DNA of 64,000 nt from Eledone cirrhosa (taxonomy: Eukaryota), in assembly GCA_964016885.1 (NCBI GenBank), contig OZ024740.1:266290001-266354000 (forward strand), in the 5' to 3' direction. The notes under the pieces were generated by a model. The model ran no database searches and was not told the DNA's origin. It saw only the letters and a program-made list of their open reading frames with translations. Below are positions 12,465 to 25,600 of this stretch, in pieces. The translations under genes and the position numbers were made by a program. Within the stretch, counting starts at the first letter, position 1. Every line of letters begins with the position of its first letter.

Positions 12465-13615
12465 AGAAATACTTCATAGGACGCTAGATGAAATCCGAGC
12501 CATCGATGTTAAAACACGAAAAATCCTAACCAACACCGAAAATGACCACATCAACAAGGACATAGGACCGACTCTACCTTAAACATAAATAGGGAAGTAG
12601 AGGCTTAACATCAGTTCAAACAGCATTTGAATGTTGCATCATATCCTTCTGAAACGTCTACGGACCATCAAGCGTTGGAGCCCATCTATTGAACAAGTCT
12701 ATCTACACGAGACAGACAATATCATAAGAGTTGGCAAGGAGTTCCTTTAGAAATACTCCCTGCATGAAATCCAAAAATTGCACAGTAATACCACAATGAA
12801 TCCAGGGATAAAAACTGCATGCTAATCAGCAAAGAAATTATGCATGGCTATGTGGCTAGGAAGCTCCAAAGTTATATTTGGCTCTCACTTTGATTGCTTT
12901 TGCAATCCACGAACAGGAAACAACTACAAAACACTTGATTGACAAAAGAGATAGGGATGCAGGCAAAATATCTAGATGTAATAACATGCAGACTCTGCAA
13001 AATTAACGTCGAAGATGTCACCCATATCATAAACAGCTGTTTAAAGATGTCATCGCGGTACTATCTACCTATGAGGCATGGTATAGTGGCCAAAACACTG
13101 TACAATGCAACCCGTAGAAAGGATAGCCCTGACAATAAACATAAAAAGCTACAGTAATATTGAGGACATATACATACATAAAATAATAGAGTACTGGTGG
13201 AATGTTCCAGTCAAACTCTAATAAAATGCAAAGAAAACAAACCAGACATAGGTTTGTTTTCTTTTATTAGAGTTGTGATATAGAATTTTATTACATATGT
13301 GATATAGAAAAGAAGGTTTGCTCTGTAGTGGAAATCAGCTGCCCAGCAGATGTTATTATAATGCTAAAGATTAGCGAAAAGGAAAACATTTATAATGAAC
13401 TCATGAAGAATTTGTAGACACTCCACACTGACTATAAGTTCAGATTTGTTCCTGGGACCATAGGGGCTCTTGGATACATTACTGACTGCCTTAGTACGAA
13501 TCTTGAGAATCATGGCCTCACAGAACCAGAAATTGTAAAAATATGAAATTGTAAAAATATGTAAAACTTTTCAGAAATTTTCCAAAGTTAGTGACTCTGA
13601 CAATAATAAATCCCT
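12465..13615 (+). pseudogene. Second degenerate R4/Dong-like 3' fragment, opposite orientation
   Basis: LDEIRAIDVKTRKIL, AIHEQE, CRLCKINVEDVTHIINSC...YYLPMRH, NKPDI, VEISCP, IGALG; many stops and frameshifts; ends near an aataataaa tail. Confidence 0.7.
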
Positions 13616-13796
13616 ATAAATAATAGTTGAGATAATCGAATAAAGTATTCCTGGAGACAGGAAAAGGTGGACAGAGGGACCTTTACCTGATTTTCTCAAC
13701 TATTTACAATGATAGACATTTGTTATAGTCATTTACATTGGGAGAACTACATATATATATATATGTCTTTGCCTCTCTTTCTCTCTTTCTTTCTTT

Positions 13797-13840
<44 letters not shown>

Positions 13841-14596
13841 CTCTCTGTGTATGTGTGGATGTATCGGTATGTGTGTGTATCTGTGTGTGTGTATATCTCT
13901 GTGCGTGCGTATGTCTGTGTATGTGTCTATGTGTATCTGTGTGTATGTATGTATGCGTGTGTGTGTGCATGATGAAATAAATTGAAACAACGACAGCAAC
14001 TAAAACAAAACAACTAACTGAAGATAAGCATTGTTTACTGAAAGTAAACGCAATCAGTAGGATCTGCTAATTATTTTTGACACCATTTGTCTGAGTGAAA
14101 TGGCGATAAAACAGGCGCGATAACTTTGGCACTGAAATACGACTCACGTTTTAATCTTTTCCTTTCAATACTGACGACAATAGTTCGAAATGATAACTTG
14201 TTTCAGGTGTCAACGAAATAGTCTTTTTCTCGTTCTACCATTTCGCCCTTTGCCTGTCCGTGTTAACTTTCACACATTCAAAACACTGTGTGTGTGTGCG
14301 TGTGTGTGTGTGTATGCCTTTGCGCGTGTGTGTGTGTATGTGTGTGTGTCTATGTGTGTGTGTCTATGTGGGTGTGTGTGTGTGTGTGTGTCTATGTGTG
14401 TGTGTGTGTGTGTTTTGTTTTTTGTGGATTCTTTGTAGATGTAAATGTGGATCTAACAGACGTTTTAATTCATCGAAGAAGTTGGAAAGTTGAGAAAGGT
14501 TTTGTCAAAAGATAGATGACATCTCGACATTTACATACATACATATATATATTTACATACATACACGCATACATACATACATGCATACATATATAC

Positions 14597-14628
<32 letters not shown>

Positions 14629-14801
14629 ACATCTATGCCTACATATACATATACATACATAAATACAATTTTATGTAAATACAGCACAATTTTAATACCT
14701 AAGAGTGTGTATATAAATTTGTATTTAAATCTACATATCATTTTGCTCAATATATATGTACAAATTATTAGTTTGTTACACGATATATCCAGGTATATAC
14801 C

Positions 14802-14853
<52 letters not shown>

Positions 14854-14951
14854 TATTATATTTTTTGTCTTTATTTGTTAATTTTTCATTCGCACCGTTT
14901 CCTTTCGCTATATGTCTCTCCACCACTCCCCTACACACCTTTTGAACTCTC

Positions 14952-14983
14952 ACCTGAAGAAGGGCTTATGCCCGAAACGTCGT
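14952..14983 (+). ncRNA. Minimal hammerhead motif in a probable PLE terminus
   Basis: CTGAAGA-A-GGGC-TTAT-GCCC-GAAA-CG-TC. Stem I is only 2 bp. AATAAA follows at ~15020 and the segment is flanked by (AT)n. Confidence 0.55.
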
Positions 14984-15195
14984 CCCCCACCTACCCCCCA
15001 CTCTCCTGAGCGTGAATTTAATAAACATTTATCGTACTGCCTCTCTGTTCTGTCCCTGTTCAATTTTTCATTATATATATATATATATATATTAATCTGC
15101 CATAGAACCACATTGGCATACGGTTGGATAATACATGTATCCCTATATGCATTTTTTGCACGTAGGAAAACATACTTTATTATTATTAATCTCCC

Positions 15196-15375
15196 CTAAG
15201 GTCGAGATAACATTTTGGTCGCTTTAACTGCTGCTATTTCTAGTGGCAGGACACTGACCTTTCCGCCCTTGCCTTCTGTCTTTACACACGGCACTAGACA
15301 AGATTGTTTCTTTATCATCCCTCTCATCAGTTCTGTATGGCGCCAGTTCGTGATTTGAACTCGGAATTTTATATT
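15196..15375 (-). mobile_element. Possible second SINE family
   Basis: B-box-like GAGTTCAAATCACG on the minus strand, followed by a ~150-bp body; no clear A box or TSD. Confidence 0.3.
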
Positions 15376-16063
15376 CTCCGAGCGAGAAGAACCCTCTGAC
15401 GAGAGTCTCCTTCTCAATGGTAGTCCGCATGGATTATCCATTTAATTTGAGACTTGAAACCGCGCGGTAAGGGTAAATATAGTAAGTACAATGAACTTTT
15501 TTAAATTTATTTTAAAACTTTTTCTCTATTTGCTAAACCTTGATTATATATATATTTATATATATATTTATATATATAGTTATATTTATATATGTGTGTG
15601 TGAGGGTATATAATGTTTTGTTTATGTATTGGGTCGTCAAGTATGAAATTTGTAGAAATTTGTTTTTCTTTTACATATTTCTACAAATTTTATACTTGAT
15701 GACCCAATATATCAAGAATGAATGCTTAAACAGGATTACTGCTTACCAGAGAATTTGACTTGGTGGTATCATTTGAATCCATTGAAACCTTCATCCATAC
15801 CAATAGTCAAAGGATAAATATGTTCAACATCAAGCACACATTGATAATGTGAAACTCTTTATCCCCATCCCATCTCCTCCTAACTTTCTCTACTATCACA
15901 CTAACTTACTGTATTTTATTCTATTCTATTTTTATTTTACTGTATTTTGATTTACTCTTGTTCTATTATATTTTCTGAAACAGAAATACTATTTTTATAC
16001 TGAACATCTCATTCCTGAATTCTACCACATGTTGGATGGTCACTACCAAAAACAATTATAAGA

Positions 16064-16170
16064 TTTCTGAAGAGGTGTGATAAATAATTAAGTATTGCAT
16101 ATGATTGAACAATATATATTGTAGTCAACTTATGTAGACAATTAAAATAAACACAGAAACATATGTTAAA
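16064..16170 (+). ncRNA. Hammerhead-like motif with an enlarged stem II loop
   Basis: TTT-CTGAAGA-GGTGT...~70 nt...ACACA-GAAA-C-ATAT-GTT-AAA, then AATAAA. The downstream tail is duplicated across (AT)n (~16179-16236 and ~16278-16335). Confidence 0.45.
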
Positions 16171-16233
16171 GCAAATAAATTCCCAATTTTCTTTCTCACC
16201 GAGGACATTATTTTTCTTGGTGCAATACTTGCT

Positions 16234-16276
<43 letters not shown>

Positions 16277-16438
16277 CATTCCCAATTTCCTTTCTCACCA
16301 AAGACAATATTTTTCTTGGTGCAATACTTGCTTATATATATATATACATTTGTTACGTCTTCATTACATTTATTGAGTAGTGATGCGCGCGTTTCGCTAT
16401 TGATCAGCTCAAGGTTCGATCCGTATCGATCTAGCGGC

Positions 16439-17145
16439 TAGTTCATCGTTCCTTTGTCAGTGTTGAACAAAAGGGCAACGATGGTTGTCGAACACTGTAC
16501 GGCTTAATTCAGGCTGTTTGTTTACAAACAAACCGAACATTATAATAAATGTTCGGTAAGCCCATACGTACATATATATATGTGTGCATGTATGTATGTA
16601 TGTATATACATACTACTGTACGTCTGTATACATATATGTATGTACGTATACATACTTATATTTAAGTATCAGCCGTACTAAGAGTGATAATGAAATTCAT
16701 TTTTTCTATTTATCGTTTTCGGTACGCCCGGCCGACTAACTCACTCGATATACAAATTAGGCTGCTCAGCCGTTAATATTCATAAGGAAAGTAGATACTT
16801 TCAAACGTTCAATCGACTGACGGTGTTGATGAGAGCTAATAGGCTAGAAAATAGTTCATCGTTCCTTTGTCAGTGTTGAACAAAAGGGCAACGATGGTTG
16901 CCGAACTCTGTACGGCTTAATTCGGGCTGTTTGTTTACAAACAAACCGAACATTATAATAAATGTTCGGTAAACCCATACATACATATATATATATATGT
17001 GCATGTATGTATGTATGTATGTATGTATGTATGTATGTATGTATGTACATACTATTGTACGTCCATATACATATATGTATGTACGTATACATACTTATAT
17101 TTAAGTATCAGCCGTACTAAGAATGAGAAATGAAATTTCATTTTA
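16439..17145 (+). mobile_element. Tandem PLE-type pseudo-LTR relic (2 units) with a degenerate hammerhead at 16822-16860
   Basis: Direct repeats 16439-~16700 and 16852-~17140. Motif GGTG-TTGATGA-GAGCTAATAGGCTA-GAAA-ATAG-TT-CATC. Inverted relatives of the 3' part lie at ~54275-54495 and ~57336-57572. Confidence 0.55.
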
Positions 17146-17224
17146 ATCCATTTATATATATATTCTTATATTTATTTATATTTGTGTATATGTATATGCG
17201 CATATATCTATATATATTCTTCAC

Positions 17225-18385
17225 TTATTCCTGAAAGAGGCGTGGAGGCAGAGTCCTCAAAATCTCCTTCCAGCGGGTCCTGAAGTAAACAACCGTTTCC
17301 AACAAATATAGCTGGATCTTCAAGCGGGACCAGCCAAGCTCATGGATTTTATCCAACCATATTGCTTGGAGTTTCCCCCTGTTGGTTTCGCCTGTAAAAT
17401 CTGTCCAGTGATTCTTTCCTGTGACACTCTAATCACATGTCCATAGTATCGGAGCTTTGATCTCTCAATTCGGAGAAGTAGCGGCTCTATCTGAAGTGAC
17501 ATTCTGATCTCCAAGCTACGCACTTTTTCGAGTACGTTACTTCAAAGACCCTTCGGAGGAACCCCATTTCGGCCGCCCGTATTTGCAATCGTATTTTTTC
17601 GGTTATTACCCAAGATTCATGACCATAGGTAAGGGTTGGCACGAAAACCGAATTGAAGACAGCGAGTTTGGCTTTTCATCACTCGTAACACAGCCCCGAG
17701 ATACTTGAACTTCTCAGTGGAACTCCATTCACATGTATCTTGCACTGCGCAGGCTTCCTTGAGAAGACAAGTGTCTCAATTTTCGCAGAAATGATTTTTA
17801 TTCCAGCCATGTAGCTCTCGGCATCAAACCTATCAAGTGCAAGTCGAAGATCATTTTCTGTCGATTTGAGTAACACCGTGTTGTCTGCAAGTTACAGCCG
17901 ACTTATTTCACACCCACCAGTCATGATACCACTTCCAACCCGGCTGCGCATGTCAATCCTGTTCGTGTAAATAATAAACAGGTGAGGTGACAGTATGCAC
18001 CCTTGGCGGAGTCCGACTCCCATATTGAATGGTTTCGATTTAGCACCATTTATCCGAAAACAAATACTCGGGCATTCGTATAGAGATCTCAGGGCAGCAA
18101 GAAACTGACCATCATTCCCATACTCCTGTACAGCCTTCCACAGCAGATCCCGAGGAACGCGGTCATATGCCTTTTCAAGGTCGACAAAACAAGAATATAC
18201 TTCTGGCAATATTTCCACGATTTCTAGAAGACCTTCCGCAGTGTGAATATTTTGTCGGCTGTGCTGCGTCTGGAACGAAAATCACACTGTTCATCAGCTC
18301 GAGGACTCGACAATCTCTCTGCATCTCTTTGCCAGACACTTAGCATAGAATTTACCGGGTGGCTTAGCAAGGAGATCCCTCTGTA
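17225..18385 (-). pseudogene. Degenerate RTE-type reverse transcriptase fragment
   Basis: FVDLEKAYDRVPR, GLRQGCILSP, SKLRYYGHVIR across several frames with stops. Confidence 0.8.
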
Positions 18386-18638
18386 ATTGGAACAATCTGT
18401 AATTGGAACTATATTTATAAGTAAACGGAAACAATAAACAAAACAACACAGTACAATGAAAAAATATATTAGTTTTGCGCTTAATATGATCCGAAAAGTG
18501 TTTTTTCGTTTCGGACACTAGTCGTTTAACAGAAAATAGAATAAATAATATAAAACGAAATAAAAAGATAGAGAGTGAGAAGAGGAAGAAACGGAAAAAT
18601 ATTTTGAGTAAGAGCAGTGTGTATTATAAGAAAAATGA

Positions 18639-18687
<49 letters not shown>

Positions 18688-18860
18688 CATATATATATAA
18701 TTATTTAAATTTAAAAGATATATGTAGAGAGAAAGGAGCATATTTCGCTTGAGAAACACGTACCATTCCATTTTGTACACATATATAGAGAGAGCAAATA
18801 ATATACATACCTTAAAATAGTAAAATGTCATGTATATGTGTTTATATATATATATATATA

Positions 18861-18990
18861 TACAATATATTAACAAATGGAAACTATATTTATAAAACCA
18901 TATTTATTTCATTATACATATTTCAAGGACACCAAATAATGAAATAAATATGGTTTTATAAATATAGTTTCCATTTGTTAATATATTGTA
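18861..18990. repeat. Palindrome of the PLE-terminus family also seen at 1290-1578
   Basis: tacaatatattaacaaatggaaactatatttataaaaccatatttatttcatta and its reverse complement. Confidence 0.75.
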
Positions 18991-19214
18991 TTTTTACTCC
19001 AAAAATTTGTTGAGTGCTTTATATCAGTTATAAAAATATTTGCTTGTTGTATCCCAACAAATTAAATATAACCCCTACATATATATATATGTGTGTGTGT
19101 GTGTATAATATATATATTTTTACTCCAAAAATGTGTTGAGTGCTTTATATCAGTTATAAAAAATATTTGCTTGTTGTATCCCAACAATTTAAATAGAACT
19201 TCTACATATATATA

Positions 19215-19290
<76 letters not shown>

Positions 19291-20459
19291 CAGACAGACG
19301 GACAGATAGATAGGTAGGTAGATAGAGAGACAGATAGATAGAAAGAGAGAGGGGGAGACATAGATAGACATACAGACATACAGACAGACAGACAGATAGA
19401 GAGGGAGAGAGAGAGAGAGTGAGAGAGCACGAGAGAGAATGATAGATTGATTAATTGAAAGATAGATAGGTGAACAAGCAATCAGATAGTATAGTTGAGG
19501 ACTTTATTGAGGGACAGTTTACTTGTTCCGTTTATTCTTGGTGCTCTAGGAAATTTAAAGTCTTTTATATATCAAGTAATCAACTTTTGTACACGTGTTA
19601 AAGAACCTTTGCTTTCTTCAGCACTTTTTTCTCCCCTTCAACAGTATTTCGTTGTCAATAGCATTATGACATAATTTAGCGTTAATTCTAAAAATCATGA
19701 AGAGAAACATGCAGTGAACTTTTATTTTTTATTTTTATCGTAAACCCGAATGGAGCCATTCTTAAAAGAATTAAAAATTACTTGTAAAAAATAAATCACA
19801 TCTTTTTTTTAGACGAAAAGATTTCTTGCAAGAATATTGAAACTTCTAAACAGATGTTGTGATTGAATTTCTTCAAATATCATCATAGAACCTGCAATCA
19901 TTTGATTAAAGAATCTCTATTAGATTCTAGCTTACAACTGGATGTAGAAGATGAGACTTTTAGAAGCCTGCATGATGCACTAATTTAATGACGAATGATC
20001 TTCAGCGGTTGGAATTACTTGACAGTTACATAAGAGCCAGTAGATTTAAATGAAACTCACCAGTCCAATTCCACTCGAATTCTTCGGTAAAATAATTATC
20101 TTTCTGTTTCTTTTTCTCTTTCTCGTTCTCTTTCTCTTTCGTTTCAGTGTGGCTTCCAGTGATGTTGTCAGCAAGAATATATTTTTAAAAAAATATATAA
20201 ACTTCTGTAATCCGTCGTTTTGAATTAATCCTATATAATATTAAGTTCTTGATTCCCCTATTTTAAAGTATCTTACTGCCCTTTTCATATTGAATTTCCT
20301 CGTTCGCCTACTTTCCTTTTCTACCTTCCGTTTTATACTTCTTTTCTAAAATAGTTATAGATGCTGAAATGTCTATATGTGGTTATTCGTATACCTATCT
20401 ATCCATTTCCACTATGTGTGTATGTGCATAAGTATGTATATGTATATCTAGATAGCTAC

Positions 20460-20546
<87 letters not shown>
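20460..20546. repeat. (TCTA)n(TCTG)n microsatellite, 5' flank of Tx1 copy G
   Basis: Direct reading. Confidence 0.95.
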
Positions 20547-20547
<1 letters not shown>

Positions 20548-20759
20548 TCTACAGTGTGGATGTCATTCACTTCGCACAGAAGTTTTGTTCAAATTTATTG
20601 AGGAAATTTTGTGAGTTCAAACTTAATTTTGATACAATTGTGTAGCTTGACCCTCCGTCTGAACTGTCAGGCGGTGGGTCAGCTCATCTTTACCCCTCCT
20701 AGAGGTGAAAAACCTGTTTTAAAAAATTTTGTGTAAAAAATTTCAATCGTCTAACAGAA

Positions 20760-22637
20760 ATGTTAAACGCAGCGAACGAAAATAGTGGTGGGGGGACAGC
20801 GGTAAGAGTTGTAAGCTCGCACGCTTTAGTCCTCCCTTCCTTCCCAACTAACGTCATAGAGAAGGAAGGAAAAATGAAAATAAAAACGGACGAATCTGCG
20901 GAGAAAAAATTAAATGACGAAAACAACGAAAAAAAAAAATTTGAAAAATTGCATGACAATACTAATAACACAAACAAAGACACAACAAACAAAAAAATAA
21001 CAGTTGAAAATAACATCATATCAGAAAACAAAGCAGACGACAGGATTTCATTTGCACAGAAAACAAAGAAATCTTTGACTTATATAGCGGAAAACATTTC
21101 AGATGTGGTACGAAGGATCACGGACGCAAAACAATACATAAGTGAAGGTGAGAATGGTATTTTATTGGTAAAAATGCCTCAAGAATTCACGAAAGACATT
21201 GAAAGCCGAACGGTCAAGTTTCGGACCATCAACAACAGTACAAAAAAACCTGAACAGCCTTCTCAAGCAGATATCAAAACAGTACTCGCAGAAGTACTGA
21301 ATGAAACAACTTTCATAAGAAAAGACAGACTGTATGGAAGCCTAGCAATTATCATGAAGAACGAATCGGCGGCAAAAAAATGTGCTTTGTCACCGATTCG
21401 TTCGAAAAATTTCACCTTTTATCCATCTTATATGGGAAAAAAAACTCAACGCATATGGCTGGATGCAATGATGCCAGATGTGGACTACTGCTGGCTCATA
21501 GCTGGCTTCATCGATCCAGTGAATGACAACGTGATTTCCATTGGGAAAACCACAGGCAATGCGTTCAGTGGAACAGGTATAGAGCTGGTAGTACAAATGA
21601 AGCCTGAACGCATCGCCCAAATACCCGACAGAATCCTATTAGAGGACCACGGGTATATAAACATTAGCGTGGAGGGGAGAAGGCCGTCCTGCCATATCTG
21701 TGCAGGCAGAGGGCACCTGAAGGCCGCTTGTCCCCAACTCAACAAAAAGAAAACCCTGCTACCAACACCAGCTCCACCACCACCACCACAACAGATAAAC
21801 AAACAACAAAACTCAGTCCCACCCAACCCGTCCCTCAGTAACACCACAACACCACCACAACACAAACAGTCACAACACATTACCCCAAAACAAAATACAG
21901 GCCCACCCAACCTCTCACTCAATAAAACAACACAACCACCGCAGACACAACACACAACACAGTCTAACATAGTGACATCCATCTCCCCCACAAAGAAAAC
22001 CAACACGGAAACATTACCAGCAAACATACCTCTTCCCTCCAACACTGAAGATAACCCAACGAATTCGGAGGAAGAAACGGAGTCCTTCAGACAGATTAAA
22101 AGGAAAAAAAGAAAACATGTGCAAAACACACAAGGACAAACAACCCCCACCCAAATCGCAACACAATCTAACAAAACAGAAAACACCCCTCCAGCAACAA
22201 ACAAAACCAAACCTGCCCCTCCCCTCTTCGAAACACTCACACCATCGGAAAAAAAGACATTACACTATACTTACATCAACAGAAACAACAATAAATTAAA
22301 TGAACTCATATACAATAATCCTTCGGTACAAACCGAAGGTGTAAACTTTGTTTCATCAGAAAACCACCCACATTTAAAACTAATAAAAATCCCAATGAAC
22401 CTCTACCAAAAACTAAAAAAGGATTTTAAGGAGGACGTAGGACCACCCTCTGTCAAACCCATAAACCGCGTCCTACTAAAAAGCTTTCCCCCTCCCCTTC
22501 CCCTCCCCAACACAACTCCAAACACCCCAACCCCACCACACACCGACGACCCCACACCACCACAAGACACCCCTTCACCCAACACCCCCGACCCCATGGA
22601 AGTCGTGCAACCCGAACCCCGGGAAGCGGAAAGGTAG
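20760..22637 (+). CDS. Tx1 ORF1p: gag-like nucleic-acid-binding protein with CCHC zinc knuckle, 625 aa
   Basis: CHICAGRGHLKAAC knuckle, preceded by a probable RRM-like region and followed by a P/T/Q/N-rich tail; homologous to the ORF1 remnants of the other copies. Confidence 0.85.
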   Translation: MLNAANENSGGGTAVRVVSSHALVLPSFPTNVIEKEGKMKIKTDESAEKKLNDENNEKKKFEKLHDNTNNTNKDTTNKKITVENNIISENKADDRISFAQKTKKSLTYIAENISDVVRRITDAKQYISEGENGILLVKMPQEFTKDIESRTVKFRTINNSTKKPEQPSQADIKTVLAEVLNETTFIRKDRLYGSLAIIMKNESAAKKCALSPIRSKNFTFYPSYMGKKTQRIWLDAMMPDVDYCWLIAGFIDPVNDNVISIGKTTGNAFSGTGIELVVQMKPERIAQIPDRILLEDHGYINISVEGRRPSCHICAGRGHLKAACPQLNKKKTLLPTPAPPPPPQQINKQQNSVPPNPSLSNTTTPPQHKQSQHITPKQNTGPPNLSLNKTTQPPQTQHTTQSNIVTSISPTKKTNTETLPANIPLPSNTEDNPTNSEEETESFRQIKRKKRKHVQNTQGQTTPTQIATQSNKTENTPPATNKTKPAPPLFETLTPSEKKTLHYTYINRNNNKLNELIYNNPSVQTEGVNFVSSENHPHLKLIKIPMNLYQKLKKDFKEDVGPPSVKPINRVLLKSFPPPLPLPNTTPNTPTPPHTDDPTPPQDTPSPNTPDPMEVVQPEPREAER

Positions 22638-22670
22638 GTCTCTACACTCTCCTTTGGCTCTGCCGCCCAC

Positions 22671-25600
22671 ATGGATGTGTTAAGAGTAGGATGTTTGAAT
22701 GCACGTGGCCTGGGCTCAACTTGGAAGCAAGCAAAGCTTCTAAATGACCTCAGGTCATGTAGTATAAATGTAATGGTTATCTGTGAGACTCGAATCAGCG
22801 TCATGCGGCAGCTGGCCCCCACCTTCGATGACTTTGAGGTGCATGCATCTCTCTGTCAACCTGGAGGTGGGGGTGGGGTTGTTGTGCTGCTGCAAAAACA
22901 CCTGGGTCTTGCCGTACAGGTTGTGCACTCGGACCCGGAGGGTCGTTTGTTGGTGCTAGACGTTGGCAGTAGTGAAAGTGCGGCCTTGAGACTGGTCGCC
23001 GTCTACTCCCCTTTCGGAGCTGAACGGCCCGACTTCTTCCAGCGTTTGGAGACTTTTCTGGGAACGTCGCGTTCCCTGCTTCTAGCGGGGGATTGGAATG
23101 ACATCCTAGATGCACGTTGGGACTATGCAGGAGCATGTCCTAATAGAGGGGGGTGTAACAGCCTCAAGGGGTTACTCGACCGTTTTAACTTGGTCGATAG
23201 ATATCGACTAGATTTTCCAACTGTGCCTACCTGGACTTGGAGAAACCACAGTGGTCAATCTAGATCGTACTTAGATAGATTCTTAGTTAGAAGTAAGGAT
23301 AGGGACATATTAAGCTGTCCAGAAATGCGCACGGTTGGCTACACGGATCACAAATTAGTGACCTGCGTGGTCAATCTCGAGAAAACACATAGACAGGGTC
23401 CCGGTTACTGGAAACTTAATTTGTCTTTACCGGCAAAAGAGACTTACAGAAACCGGATTAGCAGATTAGTTAAGGAGAGGTTGACGGGTGCAATCGTCAA
23501 CAACCGATGGTGGGCATCTCTCAAAAGAGAGATTAGAACAGAATCAATAAGTTATAGCAAGATGTTAGCTGCCAATAGGAATAGAAACGAGAAAGAATTA
23601 ACAGGTAAATTAGAAGAGGCAATCAAGAGCGAAGATGTGGCCAGAGTGCTGGCATCGAGGACGGCCTTGAACCAGTTTTCCGATGCAAAGCATGAAGGCT
23701 GCGTCATTCGAAGTAAAATACGTGCTCTAGGTAATGAGGGGGCCAAAGCGGTTGGCTGGGCCCGCGTGACAGAAGCTAAGAGTGGAAATCGATCCACCAT
23801 CCGGTCGTTGCAAGACGAAGATGGACGAGTGATCCGGGAGCCTAAGCAGATGTGCGAGGCCTTTCAAAAGCACTTTGCCCGATTGTTCGGGGGAGGCGAG
23901 GGTCCGGGCCGGGGCGTGGATTTCGGTCCATACCTCGACGGCCTGCCGCGTCTCTCGAACAAAGAGGCAGAGTCCTGCGAGGGACCAATCTCGGCTGATG
24001 AGATCGGAGATGCGCTGAGCCAATGCAGCAGACACAAATCTCCAGGTCTCGATGGTATACCTTACGAACTTTATTTAGCAATGCCGGTCTTCTTCTCCGA
24101 ACTCCTCGAAGCGGTCTACTGCAATTGGCAGCAGAACGGGAGAATTCCTTGTTCTGTAGCCAAGGGCGTAGTCACGCTGGTGAGGAAGGACGAGAACAAG
24201 GGGGATAGTATAAATAATTTTCGGCCCATAACCCTGCTAAACACAGAGTTAAAGATTTTGGCCAAGGTGTTAGCAAAGAGGTTGGCGCTTGTCGTGGGTG
24301 GCCTGGTGGGAGATGCGCAGACATGTGCTATCCCATCCAGGTCCATTCACGATAACCTCCACCTCATGCGATACATCATAGAGAGGGTTGGCAACAAACC
24401 CGGCTTCGGTGGGGCCCTGATCAACTTGGATCAGTCTAAGGCCTTCGATAGGGTCGACCATGGTTACCTGGATGCGGTGCTAGCGGCGGCTGGGTTCGGT
24501 CCTGTTTTCAGAGGCTGGATCACTGCCCTACATAGCAACCACATCTGTTCTAGGATCAAGGTGAACGGCTACCTTTCGAAGCCGTTCGAAATCACACGAT
24601 CCATTCGACAGGGGTGCCCTCTCTCCTCCCTTCTGTACGTATTGACTCTCGAGCCTTTACTGAGGAAGTTGGAGTTGTTGCAGGGTATCCCCCTGGAACC
24701 AGGATTGAGCAAAGCGGTGTCGGCCTACGCCGATGACGTAACAGTAATGGTATCAACCGACTCGGAGATCGAGGCGATCGGTACCTTACTGGAGGAGTAC
24801 GAAAGGTTGTCAGGAGCGAAACTGAACCGGGAAAAATCCATCGGGCTGCAACTCGGAACGTGGAGAGGCAAACCGATGCCTCCTGACGGTGTCGTCGGAC
24901 ACTGGACGGAGGGCCCGGTAAAGTTGCTTGGGGTCTGGTTTGGACCGGACCTCCAGGTGGAAAAGAACTGGAACGAGGTTACGAACAAGGTGTTTGCACT
25001 AACCCAGAAATGGGCCAAGTGTAAGCTGTCCCTAAAAGGCCGGGCGGAGGTGGCGAACATTTACATAGCGTCCGTCACTTACTACCGCCTGACTGTCGTG
25101 CCTTGCCCTAAGGAAACACTCACCACCATGGAACGCATGCTCTTCCAATTTCTTTGGAAGAAGCGTCCTCCTATGGTGAGAAGATCCATCTGCTGCCAAC
25201 AACCTTCGAAAGGAGGGCTGGGGATGCCGTGGTTGATGATGCGTAGGCACGCATTAAGGCTACGGCACCTACAGGTATTCCTCACTGGTCAACCGGTGTG
25301 GGCTCCGTTCGTGAAACGAGCCTTTCCGAGACTCGTCTCACTCACCGAGCTACAGTCCTGGGTCAAGCAAAGATCCGGAAAACTGGGAGACTGGCACACT
25401 GAGTGTGCTCAGGCGCTCAGGGCTCTCTGGCAAGCGGGCCGGGCCATCGGTGGAGAATCCACCTCATCATTCTATAGAGGGCTGGTGACTAGCAGGGGCG
25501 ATGACACCCTTGGAGAGTCGCTGGACATGGAGGAAGACGAACTGGCCAGCCTGTTCGGTAGGACTTTCGGCCCAGGACCAATGGACAACTTCCAGAAGTC

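Noticed and set aside
15300-15332. CTGATGA...GAAAC on the minus strand resembling a hammerhead
   Set aside because: No stem II pairing and no convincing stem I
19850-20090. Possible host exon or transposase remnant
   Set aside because: Short frames with stops, no recognisable motif, and no convincing splice-site pair
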